Positions 11,180 through 24,150 of a stretch of 64,000 nt of DNA are shown here, one piece after another. Below the pieces are notes generated by a model. It was not told the origin of the DNA and made no database searches. It saw only the letters and a program-made list of their open reading frames with translations. Positions within the stretch are counted from its first letter, which is position 1, and every line of letters begins with the position of its first letter. This DNA is from Mobula hypostoma (taxonomy: Eukaryota): NCBI RefSeq assembly GCF_963921235.1, contig NC_086108.1, positions 2,666,001 to 2,730,000 on the forward strand, in the 5' to 3' direction. Made by a program: the position numbers and the translations under genes.

Positions 11180-14100
11180 ACACACAAAATGCTGGAGGAA
11201 CTCAGCAGGCTAGGCACTGGGGCAGCATCTGTGGACGAGAACAAAAGACACCGAGACCCTCCACCAGGAATAGAACCAGAGATGAGAAGTCAGTGAGAAG
11301 GTGGGGGAGGGGAGGAGGAAGTACAAGGTGAGACTGGGAGAGGAGGAGGGGTGGTCAGAGTGAGAAGGTGGGGGAGGGGAGGAGGAAGTAGAAGGTGAGA
11401 CTGGGAGAGGGGGAGGGGTGAGGTCAGAGTGAGAAGGTGGGGGAGGGGAGGAGGAAGTACAAGGTGAGACTGGGAGAGGGGGAGGGGTGAAGTCAGAGTG
11501 AGAAGGTGGGGGAGGGGAGGAGTAAGTACAAGGTGAGACTGGGAGAGGAGGAGGGGTGGTCAGAGTGAGAAGGTGGGGGAGGGGAGGAGGAAGTACAAGG
11601 TGAGACTGGGAGAGGGGGAGGGGTGAGGTCAGAGTGAGAAGGTGGGGGAGGGGAGGAGGAAGTACAAGGTGAGACTGGGAGAGGGGGAGGGGTGAGGTCA
11701 GAGTGAGAAGGTGGGGGAGGGGAGGAGGAAGTAGAAGGTGAGACTGGGAGAGGGGGAGGGGTGAGGTCAGAGTGAGAAGGTGGGGGAGGGGAGGAGGAAG
11801 TAGAAGGTGAGACTGGGAGAGGGGGAGGGGTGAGGTCAGAGTGAGAAGGTGGGGGAGGGTAGGAGGAAGTACAAGGTGAGACTGGGAGAGGGGGAGGGGT
11901 GAGGTCAGAGTGAGAAGAGGAGAAGGAGGAAGTACAAGGTGAGACTGGGAGAGGGGGAGGGGAGGAGGAAGTACAAGGTGAGACTGGGAGAGGGGGAGGG
12001 GTGAGGTCAGAGTGAGAAGGTGGGGGAGGGGAGGAGGAAGTACAAGGTGAGACTGGGAGAGGGGGAGGGGTGAGGTCAGAGTGAGAAGGTGGGGGAGGGG
12101 AGGAGGAAGTACAAGGTGAGACTGGGAGAGGGGGAGGGGTGAGGTCAGAGTGAGAAGGTGGGGGAGGGGAGGAGGAAGTACAAGGTGAGACTGGGAGAGG
12201 GGGAGGGGTGAGGTCAGAGTGAGAAGGTGGGGGAGGGGAGGAGGAAGTACAAGGTGAGACTGGGAGAGGGGGAGGGGTGAGGTCAGAGTGAGAAGGTGGG
12301 GGAGGGGAGGAGGAAGTACAAGGTGAGACTGGGAGAGGGGGAGGGGTGAGGTCAGAGTGAGAAGGTGGGGGAGGGGAGGAGGAAGTACAAGGTGAGACTG
12401 GGAGAGGGGGAGGGGTGAGGTCAGAGTGAGAAGGTGGGGGAGGGGAGGAGGAAGTACAAGGTGAGACTGGGAGAGGGGGAGGGGTGAGGTCAGAGTGAGA
12501 AGGTGGGGGAGGGGAGGAGGAAGTACAAGGTGAGACTGGGAGAGGGGGAGGGGTGAGGTCAGAGTGAGAAGGTGGGGGAGGGGAGGAGGAAGTACAAGGT
12601 GAGACTGGGAGAGGGGAGGAGGGGTGAGGTCAGAGTGAGAAGGTGGGGGAGGGGAGGAGGAAGTACAAGGTGAGACTGGGAGAGGGGGAGGGGTGAGGTC
12701 AGAGTGAGAAGGTGGGGGAGGGGAGGAGTAAGTACAAGGTGAGACTGGGAGAGGAGGAGGGGTGGTCAGAGTGAGAAGGTGGGGGAGGGGAGGAGGAAGT
12801 ACAAGGTGAGACTGGGAGAGGGGGAGGGGTGAGGTCAGAGTGAGAAGGTGGGGGAGGGGAGGAGGAAGTACAAGGTGAGACTGGGAGAGGGGGAGGGGTG
12901 AGGTCAGAGTGAGAAGGTGGGGGAGGGGAGGAGGAAGTAGAAGGTGAGACTGGGAGAGGGGGAGGGGTGAGGTCAGAGTGAGAAGGTGGGGGAGGGTAGG
13001 AGGAAGTACAAGGTGAGACTGGGAGAGGGGGAGGGGTGAGGTCAGAGTGAGAAGGTGGGGGAGGGAAGGAGGAAGTACAAGGTGAGACTGGGAGAGGGGG
13101 AGGGGAGGAGGAAGTACAAGGTGAGACTGGGAGAGGGGGAGGGGTGAGGTCAGAGTGAGAAGGTGGGGGAGGGGAGGAGGAAGTAGAAGGTGAGACTGGG
13201 AGAGGGGGAGGGGTGAGGTCAGAGTGAGAAGGTGGGGGAGGGGAGGAGGAAGTACAAGGTGAGACTGGGAGAGGAGGAGGGGTGAGGTCAGAGTGAGAAG
13301 GTGGGGGAGGGGAGGAGGAAGTAGAAGGTGAGACTGGGAGAGGGGGAGGGGTGAGGTCGGAGTGAGAAGGTGGGGGAGGGGAGGAGGAAGTAGAAGGTGA
13401 GACTGGGAGAGGGGGAGGGGTGAGGTCGGAGTCAGTAGGTGGGGGAGGGGAGGAGGGAGTACAAGGTGAGACTGGGAGAGGGGGAGGGGTGAGGTCGGAG
13501 TGAGAAGGTGGGGGAGGGGAGGAGGGAGTACAAGGTGAGACCGGGAGAGGGGGAGGGGTGAGGTCAGAGTGAGAAGGTGGGGGAGGGGAGGAGGAAGTAG
13601 AAGGTGAGGCTGGGAGAGGGGGAGGGGTGAGGTCAGAGTGAGAAGGTGGGGGAGGGGAGGAGGAAGTAGAAGGTGAGACTGGGAGAGGGGGAGGGGTGAG
13701 GTCAGAGTGAGAAGGTGGGGGAGGGGAGGAGGAAGTAGAAGGTGAGACTGGGAGAGGGGGGTGAGGTCAGAGTGAGAAGGTGGGGAGGGGAGGAGGAAGT
13801 AGAAGGTGAGACTGGGAGAGGGGGAGGGGTGAGGTCAGAGTGAGAAGGTGGGGGAGGGGAGGAGGAAGTAGAAGGTGAGACTGGGAGAGGGGGAGGGGTG
13901 AGGTCAGAGTGAGAAGGTGGTGGAGGGGAGGAGGAAGTACAAGGTGAGACTGGGAGAGGGGGAGGGGTGAGGTCAGAGTGAGAAGGTGGAGGAGGGGAGG
14001 AGGAAGTACAAGGTGAGACTGGGAGAGGGGGAGGGGTGAGGTCAGAGTGAGAAGGTGGGGGAGGGAAGGAGGAAGTACAAGGTGAGACTGGGAGAGGGGG

Positions 14101-17100
14101 AGGGGTGAGGTCGGAGTGAGAAGGTGGGGGAGGGGAGGAGGAAGTAGAAGGTAAGACTGGGAGAGGAGGAGGGGTGAGGTCAGAGTGAGAAGGTGGGGGA
14201 GGGGAGGAGGAAGTAGAAGGTGAGACTGGGAGAGGGGGAGGGGTGAGGTCAGACTGAGAAGGTGGGGAGGGGAGGAGGAAGTAGAAGGTAAGACTGGGAG
14301 AGGGGGAGGGGTGAGGTCAGAGTGAGAAGGTGGGGGAGGGGAGGAGGAAGTAGAAGGTGAGACTGGGAGAGGGGGAGGGGTGAGGTCAAACTGAGAAGGT
14401 GGGGGAGGGGAGGAGGAAGTAGAAGGTGAGACTGGGAGAGGGGGAGGGGTGAGGTCAGAGTGAGAAGGTGGGGGAGGGGAGGAGGAAGTAGAAGGTGAGA
14501 CTGGGAGAGGGGGAGGGGTGAGGTCAGAGTGAGAAGGTGGTGGAGGGGAGGAGGAAGTACAAGGAGACTGGGTAAGGGGGAGGGGTGGTCAGAGTGAGAA
14601 GGTGGGGGAGGGGAGGAGGAAGTACAAGGTGAGACTGGGAGAGGGGGAGGGGTGAGGTCAGAGTGAGAAGGTGGGGGAGGGAAGGAGGAAGTACAAGGTG
14701 AGACTGGGAGAGGGGGAGGGGTGAGGTCGGAGTGAGAAGGTGGGGGAGGGAGGGAGGAAGTACAAGGTGAGACTGGGAGAGGGGGAGGGGTGAGGTCGGA
14801 GTGAGAAGGTGGGGGAGGGGAGGAGGAAGTACAAGGTGAGACTGGGAGAGGGGGAGGGGTGAGGTCAGAGTGAGAAGGTGGGGGAGGGGAGGAGGAAGTA
14901 CAAGGTGAGACTGGGAGAGGGGGAGGGGTGGTCAGAGTGACAAGGTGGGGGAGGGGAGGAGGAAGTACAAGGTGAGACTGGGGGAGGGGTGAGGTCAGAG
15001 TGAGAAGGTGGGGGAGGGGAGGAGGAAGTACAAGGTGAGACTGGGAGAGGGGGAGGGGTGAGGTCAGAGTGAGAAGGTGGGGGAGGGAAGGAGGAAGTAC
15101 AAGGTGAGACTGGGAGAGGGGGAGGGGTGAGGTCGGAGTGAGAAGGTGGGGGAGGGGAGGAGGAAGTACAAGGTGAGACTGGGAGAGGGGGAGGGGTGAG
15201 GTCAGAGTGAGAAGGTGGGGGAGGGGAGGAGGAAGTACAAGGTGAGACTGGGAGAGGGGGAGGGGTGAGGTCAGAGTGAGAAGGTGGGGGAGGGGAGGAG
15301 GAAGTAGAAGGTGAGACTGGGAGAGGGGGAGGGGTGAGGTCAGAGTGAGAAGGTGGTGGAGGGGAGGAGGAAGTACAAGGTGAGACTGGGTGAGGGGGAG
15401 GGGTGAGGTCAGAGTGAGAAGGTGGGGAGGGGAGGAGGAAGTACAAGGTGAGACTGGGAGAGGGGGAGGGGTGAGGTCAGAGTGAGAAGGTGGGGGAGGG
15501 GATGAGGAAGTACAAGGTGAGACTGGGAGAGGGGGAGGGGTGAGGTCAGAGTGAGAAGGTGGGGGAGGGGAGGAGGAAGTACAAGGTGAGACTGGGAGAG
15601 GGGGAGGGGTGAGGTCAGAGTGAGAAGGTGGGGGAGGGGAGGAGGAAGTACAAGGTGAGACTGGGAGAGGGGGAGGGGTGAGGTCAGAGTGAGAAGGTGG
15701 GGGAGGGGAGGAGGAAGTACAAGGTGAGACTGGGAGAGGGGGAGGGGTGAGGTCAGAGTGAGAAGGTGGGGGAGGGGAGGAGGAAGTACAAGGTGAGACT
15801 GGGAGAGGGGGAGGGGTGAGATCAGAGTGAGAAGGTGGGGGAGGGGAGGAGGAAGTACAAGGTGAGACTGGCAGAGGGGGAGGGGTGAGGTCAGAGTGAG
15901 AAGGTGGGGGAGGGAAGGAGGAAGTACAAGGTGAGACTGGGAGAGGGGGAGGGGTGAGGTCAGAGTGAGAAGGTGGGGGAGGGGAGGAGGAAGTACAAGG
16001 TGAGACTGGGAGAGGGGGAGGGGTGAGGTCAGAGTGAGAAGGTGGGGGAGGGGAGGAGGAAGTACAAGGTGAGACTGGGAGGGGGGAGGGGTGAGGTCAG
16101 AGTGAGAAGGTGGGGGAGGGAAGGAGGAAGTACAAGGTGAGACTGGGAGAGGGGGAGGGGTGAGGTCGGAGTGAGAAGGTGGGGGAGGGAAGGAGGAAGT
16201 ACAAGGTGAGACTGGGAGAGGGGGAGGGGTGAGGTCAGAGTGAGAAGGTGGGGGAGGGGAGGAGGAAGTACAAGGTGAGACTGGGAGAGGGGGAGGGGTG
16301 AGGTCAGAGTGAGAAGGTGGGGGAGGGGAGGAGGAAGTAGAAGGTGAGACTGGGAGAGGGGGAGGGGTGAGGTCAGAGTGAGAAGGTGGGGGAGGGGAGG
16401 AGGAAGTAGAAGGTGAGACTGGGAGAGGGGGAGGGGTGAGGTCAGAGTGAGAAGGTGGGGGAGGGGAGGAGGGGAAGGTGAGACTGGGAGAGGGGGGTGA
16501 GGTCAGAGTGAGAAGGTGGGGAGGGGAGGAGGAAGTAGAAGGTGAGACTGGGAGAGGGGGAGGGGTGAGGTCAGAGTGAGAAGGTGGGGGAGGGGAGGAG
16601 GAAGTACAAGGTGAGACTGGGAGAGGGGGAGGGGTGAGGTCAGAGTGAGAAGGTGGGGGAGGGGAGGAGGAAGTAGAAGGTGAGACTGGGAGAGGGGGAG
16701 GGGTGAGGTCAGAGTGAGAAGGTGGGGGAGGGGAGGAGGAAGTAGAAGGTGAGACTGGGAGAGGGGGAGGGGTGAGGTCAGAGTGAGAAGGTGGGGGAGG
16801 GGAGGAGGAAGTAGAAGGTGAGACTGGGAGAGGGGGGTGAGGTCAGAGTGAGAAGGTGGGGAGGGGAGGAGGAAGTAGAAGGTGAGACTGGGAGAGGGGG
16901 AGGGGTGAGGTCAGAGTGAGAAGGTGGGGGAGGGGAGGAGGAAGTAGAAGGTGAGACTGGGAGAGGGGGAGGGGTGAGGTCAGAGTGAGAAGGTGGGGAG
17001 GGGAGGAGGAAGTAGAAGGTGAGACTGGGAGAGGGGGAGGGGTGAGGTCAGAGTGAGAAGGTGGGGGAGGGGAGGAGGATGTAGAAGGTGAGACTGGGAG

Positions 17101-20100
17101 AGGGGGAGGGGTGAGGTCAGAGTGAGAAGGTGGTGGAGGGGAGGAGGAAGTACAAGGTGAGACTGGGTGAGGGGGAGGGGTGGTCAGAGTGAGAAGGTGG
17201 GGGAGGGGAGGAGGAAGTACAAGGTGAGACTGGGAGAGGGGGAGGGGTGAGGTCAGAGTGAGAAGGTGGGGGAGGGGATGAGGAAGTACAAGGTGAGACT
17301 GGGAGAGGGGGAGGGGTGAGGTCGGAGTGAGAAGGTGGGGGAGGGGAGGAGGAAGTACAAGGTGAGACTGGGAGAGGGGGAGGGGTGAGGTCAGAGTGAG
17401 AAGGTGGGGGAGGGGAGGAGGAAGTACAAGGTGAGACTGGGAGAGGGGGAGGGGTGAGGTCAGAGTGAGAAGGTGGGGGAGGGGAGGAGGAAGTACAAGG
17501 TGAGACTGGGAGAGGGGGAGGGGTGAGGTCGGAGTGAGAAGGTGGGGGAGGGGAGGAGGAAGTACAAGGTGAGACTGGGAGAGGGGGAGGGGTGAGGTCA
17601 GAGTGAGAAGGTGGGGGAGGGGAGGAGGAAGTACAAGGTGAGACTGGGAGAGGGGGAGGGGTGAGGTCAGAGTGAGAAGGTGGGGGAGGGGAGGAGGAAG
17701 TACAAGGTGAGACTGGGAGAGGGGAGGAGGGGTGAAGTCAGAGTGAGAAGGTGGGGGAGGGAAGGAGGAAGTACAAGGTGAGACTGGGAGAGGGGGAGGG
17801 GTGAGGTCAGAGTGAGAAGGTGGGGGAGGGGAGGAGGAAGTACAAGGTGAGACTGGGAGAGGGGGAGGGGTGAGGTCAGAGTGAGAAGGTGGGGGAGGGG
17901 AGGAGGAAGTACAAGGTGAGACTGGGAGAGGGGGAGGGGTGAGGTCAGAGTGAGAAGGTGGGGGAGGGGAGGAGGAAGTACAAGGTGAGACTGGGAGAGG
18001 GGGAGGGGTGAGGTCAGAGTGAGAAGGTGGGGGAGGGGAGGAGGAAGTAGAAGGTGAGACTGGGAGAGGGGGAGGGGTGAGGTCAGAGTGAGAAGGTGGG
18101 GGAGGGGAGGAGGAAGTACAAGGTGAGACTGGGTGAGGGGAGGGGTGGTCAGAGTGAGAAGGTGGGGGAGGGGTGAGGTCAGAGTGAGAAGGTGGGGAGG
18201 GGAGGAGGAAGTACAAGGTGAGACTGGGTGAGGGGAGGAGGGGTGAGGTCTGAGTGAGAAGGTGGGGGAGGGGAGGAGGAAGTACAAGGTGAGACTGGGA
18301 GAGGGGGAGTGGTGAGGTAAGAGTGAGAAGGGGGGGAGGGGAGGAGGAAGTACAAGGTGAGTCTGGGAGAGGGGGAGGGGTGAGGTCAGAGTGAGACTGG
18401 GAGAGGGGAGGGGTGAGGTCAGGGAGAAGGTGGGGAGGGGAGGAGGAAGTACAAGGTGAGACTGGGAGAGGGGGAGGGGTGAGGTCAGAGTGAGAAGGTG
18501 GGGGAGGGGAGAAGGAAGTACAAGGTGAGACTGGGAGAGGGGGAGGGGTGAGGTCAGAGTGAGAAGGTGGGGGAGGGGATGAGGAAGTACAAGGTGAGAC
18601 TGGGAGAGGGGGAGGGGTGAGGTCAGAGTGAGAAGGTGGTGGAGGGGAGGAGGAAGTACAAGGTGAGACTGGGAGAGGGGGAGGGGTGAGGTCAGAGTGA
18701 GAAGGTGGGGAGGGAGAGGAGAAGGTGAGACTGGGAGAGGGGGAGGGGTGAGGTCAGAGTGAGAAGGTGGTGAGAGGGGAGGGGTGGTCAGAGTGAGAAG
18801 GTGGGGAGGGGAGGGAAGAGGGGGAGGGGTGAGGTCAGAGTGAGAAGGTGGGGGAGGGGAGGAGGAAGTACAAGGTGAGACTGGGAGAGGGGGAGGGGTG
18901 AGGTCAGAGTGAGAAGGTGGGGGAGGGGAGGAGGAAGTAGAAGGTGAGACTGGGAGAGGGGGAGGGGTGAGGTCAGAGTGAGAAGGTGGGGGAGGGGAGG
19001 AGGAAGTAGAAGGTGAGACTGGGAGAGGGGGAGGGGTGAGGTCAGAGTGAGAAGGTGGGGGAGGGGAGGAGGAAGTAGAAGGTGAGACTGGGAGAGGGGG
19101 AGGGGTGAGGTCAGAGTGAGAAGGTGGGGGAGGGGAGGAGGAAGTAGAAGGTGAGACTGGGAGAGGGGGAGGGGTGAGGTCAGAGTGAGAAGGTGGGGGA
19201 GGGGAGGAGGAAGTAGAAGGTGAGACTGGGAGAGGGGGAGGGGTGAGGTCAGAGTGAGAAGGTGGGGGAGGGGAGGAGGAAGTAGAAGGTGAGACTGGGA
19301 GAGGGGGAGGGGTGAGGTCAGAGTGAGAAGGTGGGGGAGGGGAGGAGGAAGTAGAAGGTGAGACTGGGAGAGGGGGAGGGGTGAGGTCAGAGTGAGAAGG
19401 TGGGGGAGGGGAGGAGGAAGTAGAAGGTGAGACTGGGAGAGGGGGGGTGAGGTCAGAGTGAGAAGGTGGGGAGGGGAGGAGGAAGTAGAAGGTGAGACTG
19501 GGAGAGGGGGAGGGGTGAGGTCAGAGTGAGAAGGTGGGGGAGGGGAGGAGGAAGTAGAAGGTGAGACTGGGAGAGGGGGAGGGGTGAGGTCAGAGTGAGA
19601 AGGTGGGGGAGGGGAGGAGGAAGTAGAAGGTGAGACTGGGAGAGGGGGAGGGGTGAGGTCAGAGTGAGAAGGTGGGGGAGGGGAGGAGGAAGTAGAAGGT
19701 GAGACTGGGAGAGGGGGAGGGGTGAGGTCAGAGTGAGAAGGTGGGGGAGGGGAGGAGGAAGTACAAGGTGAGACTGGGAGAGGGGGTGGGGTGAGGTCAG
19801 AGTGAGAAGGTGGGGGAGGGGAGGAGGAAGTACAAGGTGAGACTGGGAGAGGGGGAGGGGTGAGGTCAGAGTGAGAAGGTGGGGGAGGGGAGGAGGAAGT
19901 ACAAGGTGAGACTGGGAGAGGGGGAGGGGTGAGGTCAGAGTGAGAAGGTGGGGGAGGGGAGGAGGAAGTACAAGGTGAGACTGGGAGAGGGGGAGGGGTG
20001 AGGTCAGAGTGAGAAGGTGGGGGAGGGGAGGAGGAAGTACAAGGTGAGACTGGGAGAGGGGGAGGGGTGAGGTCAGAGTGAGAAGGTGGGGGAGGGGAGG

Positions 20101-23100
20101 AGGAAGTACAAGGTGAGACTGGGAGAGGGGGAGGGGTGAGGTCAGAGTGAGAAGGTGGGGGAGGGGAGGAGGAAGTAAAGGTGAGACTGGGAGAGGGGGA
20201 GGGGTGAGGTCAGAGTGAGAAGGTGGGGAGGGGAGGAGGAAGAAGTAGAAGGTGAGACTGGGAGAGGGGGAGGGGTGAGGTCAGAGTGAGAAGGTGGGGG
20301 AGGGGAGGAGGATGTAGAAGGTGAGACTGGGAGAGGGGGAGGTGTGAGGTCAGAGTGAGAAGGTGGTGGAGGGGAGGAGGAAGTACAAGGTGAGACTGGG
20401 TGAGGGGGAGGGGTGGTCAGAGTGAGAAGGTGGGGGAGGGGTGAGGTCAGAGTGAGAAGGTGGGGAGGGGAGGAGGAAGTACAAGGTGAGACTGGGTGAG
20501 GGGAGGAGGGGTGAGGTCAGAGTGAGAAGGTGGGGGAGGGGAGGAGGAAGTAGAAGGTGAGACTGGGAGAGGGGGAGGGGTGAGGTCAGAGTGAGAAGGT
20601 GGGGGAGGGGAGGAGGAAGTACAAGGTGAGACTGGGAGAGGGGGAGGGGTGAGGTCAGAGTGAGAAGGTGGGGGAGGGGAGGAGGAAGTAGAAGGTGAGA
20701 CTGGGAGAGGGGGAGGGGTGAGGTCAGAGTGAGAAGGTGGGGGAGGGGAGGAGGAAGTAGAAGGTGAGACTGGGAGACGGGGAGGGGTGAGGTCAGAGTG
20801 AGAAGGTGGGGGAGGGGAGGAGGAAGTAGAAGGTGAGACTGGGAGAGGGGGTGAGGTCAGAGTGAGAAGGTGGGGAGGGGAGGAGGAAGTAGAAGGTGAG
20901 ACTGGGAGAGGGGGAGGGGTGAGGTCAGAGTGAGAAGGTGGGGGAGGGGAGGAGAAAGTAGAAGGTGAGACTGGGAGAGGGGGAGGGGTGAGGTCAGAGT
21001 GAGAAGGTGGGGGAGGGGAGGAGGAAGTAGAAGGTGAGACTGGGAGAGGGGGAGGGGTGAGGTCAGAGTGAGAAGGTGGGGGAGGGGAGGAGGAAGTAGA
21101 AGGTGAGACTGGGAGAGGGGGAGGGGTGAGGTCAGAGTGAGAAGGTGGGGGAGGGGAGGAGGAAGTAGAAGGTGAGACTGGGAGAGGGGGGTGAGGTCAG
21201 AGTGAGAAGGTGGGGGAGGGGAGGAGGAAGTAGAAGGTGAGACTGGGAGAGGGGGAGGGGTGAGGTCAGAGTGAGAAGGTGGGGGATGGGAGGAGGAAGT
21301 AGAAGGTGAGACTGGGAGAGGGGGAGGGGTGAGGTCAGAGTGAGAAGGTGGGGGAGGGGAGGAGGAAGTAGAAGGTGAGAGTGGGAGAGGGGGAGGGGTG
21401 AGGTCAGAGTGAGAAGGTGGGGGAGGGGAGGAGGATGTAGAAGGTGAGACTGGGAGAGGGGGAGGGGTGAGGTCAGAGTGAGAAGGTGGTGGAGGGGAGG
21501 AGGAAGTACAAGGTGAGACTGGGTGAGGGGGAGGGGTGGTCAGAGTGAGAAGGTGGGGGAGGGGAGGAGGAAGTACAAGGTGAGACTGGGAGAGGGGGAG
21601 GGGTGAGGTCAGAGTGAGAAGGTGGGGGAGGGGATGAGGAAGTACAAGGTGAGACTGGGAGAGGGGGAGGGGTGAGGTCAGAGTGAGAAGGTGGGGGAGG
21701 GGAGGAGGAAGTACAAGGTGAGACTGGGAGAGGGGGAGGGGTGAGGTCAGAGTGAGAAGGTGGGGGAGGGGAGGAGGAAGTACAAGGTGAGACTGGGAGA
21801 GGGGGAGGGGTGAGGTCAGAGTGAGAAGGTGGGGGAGGGGAGGAGGAAGTACAAGGTGAGACTGGGAGAGGGGGAGGGGTGAGGTCGGAGTGAGAAGGTG
21901 GGGGAGGGGAGGAGGAAGTACAAGGTGAGACTGGGAGAGGGGGAGGGGTGAGGTCAGAGTGAGAAGGTGGGGGAGGGGAGGAGGAAGTACAAGGTGAGAC
22001 TGGGAGAGGGGGAGGGGTGAGGTCAGAGTGAGAAGGTGGGGGAGGGGAGGAGGAAGTACAAGGTGAGACTGGGAGAGGGGGAGGGGTGAGGTCAGAGTAA
22101 GAAGGTGGGGGAGGGGAGGAAGAAGTACAAGGTGAGACTGGGAGAGGGGAGGAGGGGTGAAGTCAGAGTGAGAAGGTGGGGGAGGGGAAGGAGGAAGTAC
22201 AAGGTGAGACTGGGAGAGGGGGAGGGGTGAGGTCAGAGTGAGAAGGTGGGGGAGGGGAGGAGGAAGTACAAGGTGAGACTGGGAGAGGGGGAGGGGTGAG
22301 GTCAGAGTGAGAAGGTGGGGGAGGGGAGGAGGAAGTAGAAGGTGAGACTGGGAGAGGGGGAGGGGTGAGGTCAGAGTGAGAAGGTGGGGGAGGGGAGGAG
22401 GAAGTACAAGGTGAGACTGGGTGAGGGGGAGGGGTGGTCAGAGTGAGAAGGTGGGGGAGGGGTGAGGTCAGAGTGAGAAGGTGGGGGAGGGGAGGAGGAA
22501 GTACAAGGTGAGACTGGGTGAGGGGAGGAGGGGTGAGGTCTGAGTGAGAAGGTGGGGGAGCGGAGGAGGAAGTACAAGGTGAGACTGGGAGAGGGAGAGG
22601 GGTGAGGTCAGAGTGAGAAGGTGGGGGAGGGGATGAGGAAGTACAAGGTGAGACTGGGAGAGGGGGCGGGGTGAGGTCAGAGTGAGAAGGTGGGGGAGGG
22701 GAGGAGGAAGTACAAGGTGAGACTGGGAGAGGGGGAGGGGTGAGGTCAGAGTGAGAAGGTGGGGGAGGGGAGGAGGAAGTAGAAGGTGAGACTGGGAGAG
22801 GGGGAGGGGTGAGGTCAGAGTGAGAAGGTGGGGGAGGGGAGGAGGAAGTACAAGGTGAGACTGGGAGAGGGGGAGGGGTGAGGTCGGAGTGAGAAGGTGG
22901 GGGAGGGGAGGAGGAAGTACAAGGTGAGACTGGGAGAGGGGGAGGGGTGAGGTCAGAGTGAGAAGGTGGGGGAGGGGAGGAGGAAGTACAAGGTGAGACT
23001 GGGTGAGGGGAGGAGGGGTGAGGTCAGAGTGAGAAGGTGGGGGAGGGGAGGAGGAAGTACAAGGTGAGACTGGGAGAGGGGGAGGGGTGAGGTCAGAGTG

Positions 23101-24150
23101 AGAAGGTGGGGGAGGGGAGCAGGAAGTACAAGGTGAGACTGGGAGAGGGGGAGGGGTGAGGTCAGAGTGAGAAGGTGGGGGAGGGGAGCAGGAAGTACAA
23201 GGTGAGACTGGGAGAGGGGGAGGGGTGAGGTCGGAGTGAGAAGGTGGGGGAGGGGAGGAGGAAGTACAAGGTGAGACTGGGAGAGGGGGAGGGGTGAGGT
23301 CAGAGTGAGAAGGTGGGGGAGGGGAGGAGGAAGTACAAGGTGAGACTGGGTGAGGGGAGGAGGGGTGAGGTCAGAGTGAGAAGGTGGGGGAGTGGAGGAG
23401 GAAGTACAAGGTGAGACTGGAAGAGGGGGAGGGGTGAGGTCAGAGTGAGAAGGTGGGGGAGGGGAGGAGGAAGTACAAGGTGAGACTGGGTGAGGGGAGG
23501 AGGGGTGAGGTCAGAGTGAGAAGGTGGGGGAGGGGAGGAGGAAGTACAAGGTGAGACTGGGAGAGGGGGAGGGGTGAGGTCAGAGTGAGAAGGTGGGGGA
23601 GGGAAGGAGGAAGTACAAGGTGAGACTGGAGAGGGGGAGGGGTGAGGTCAGAGTGAGAAGGTGGGGGAGTGGAGGAGGAAGTACAAGGTGAGACTGGAAG
23701 AGGGGGAGGGGTGAGGTCAGAGTGAGAAGGTGGGGGAGGGGAGCAGGAAGTACAAGGTGAGACTGGGAGACTGGGAGAGGGAGGGGTGAAATAAAGAGCT
23801 GGGAAGTTGACTGGTGAAAGAGATAACGGGCTGGAGACGGGGGAATCTGATAGGAGAGGTCAGAAGGTCATGGAAGAAAAGGAAGGAGAGGAGCACCAGG
23901 GGAAGGCGATGGGCAGGTAAGGAGATAAGGTGAGAGAGGGAAACAGGAATGATGAAGGAGAGGAGATGGGGGGCAATTAATAGAAGTTCATGGCATCAGG
24001 TTGGAGGCTACACAGACGTACAAGGTGTTGCTCCTCCCACCCGAGTGTGGCCTCGTCACGGCAGTAGAGGAGGCCGTGGACTGACGTATGGGAATGGGAA
24101 GTGGAATTGAAATGGGTAGCCCCTGGGAAATCCTGCTTTTTGTGGTGGAC
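11180..24150 (-). mobile_element. Penelope-like fragment split by a 12.5-kb internal expansion (unique parts 11180-11290 and 23770-24150)
   Basis: Left flank cacacaaaatgctggaggaactcagcagg; right flank agagctgggaagttgactggtgaaag..catcaggttggaggcta. Collinear with the unexpanded copy at 39440-39970. Confidence 0.88.
11290..23785 (+). repeat. G/purine-rich satellite, ~180 x 69 bp, in an ITPK1 intron
   Basis: Unit gtcagagtgagaaggtgggggaggggaggaggaagta(c/g)aaggtgagactgggagagggggaggggtgag; period checked at 12006 and 12075. Copy number is length/69. Confidence 0.98.

Noticed and set aside
14865..22577. Proline-rich minus-strand ORFs (193, 457, 206, 68 aa)
   Set aside because: Translations of the 69-bp (23-codon) satellite, with frames switching at indels.
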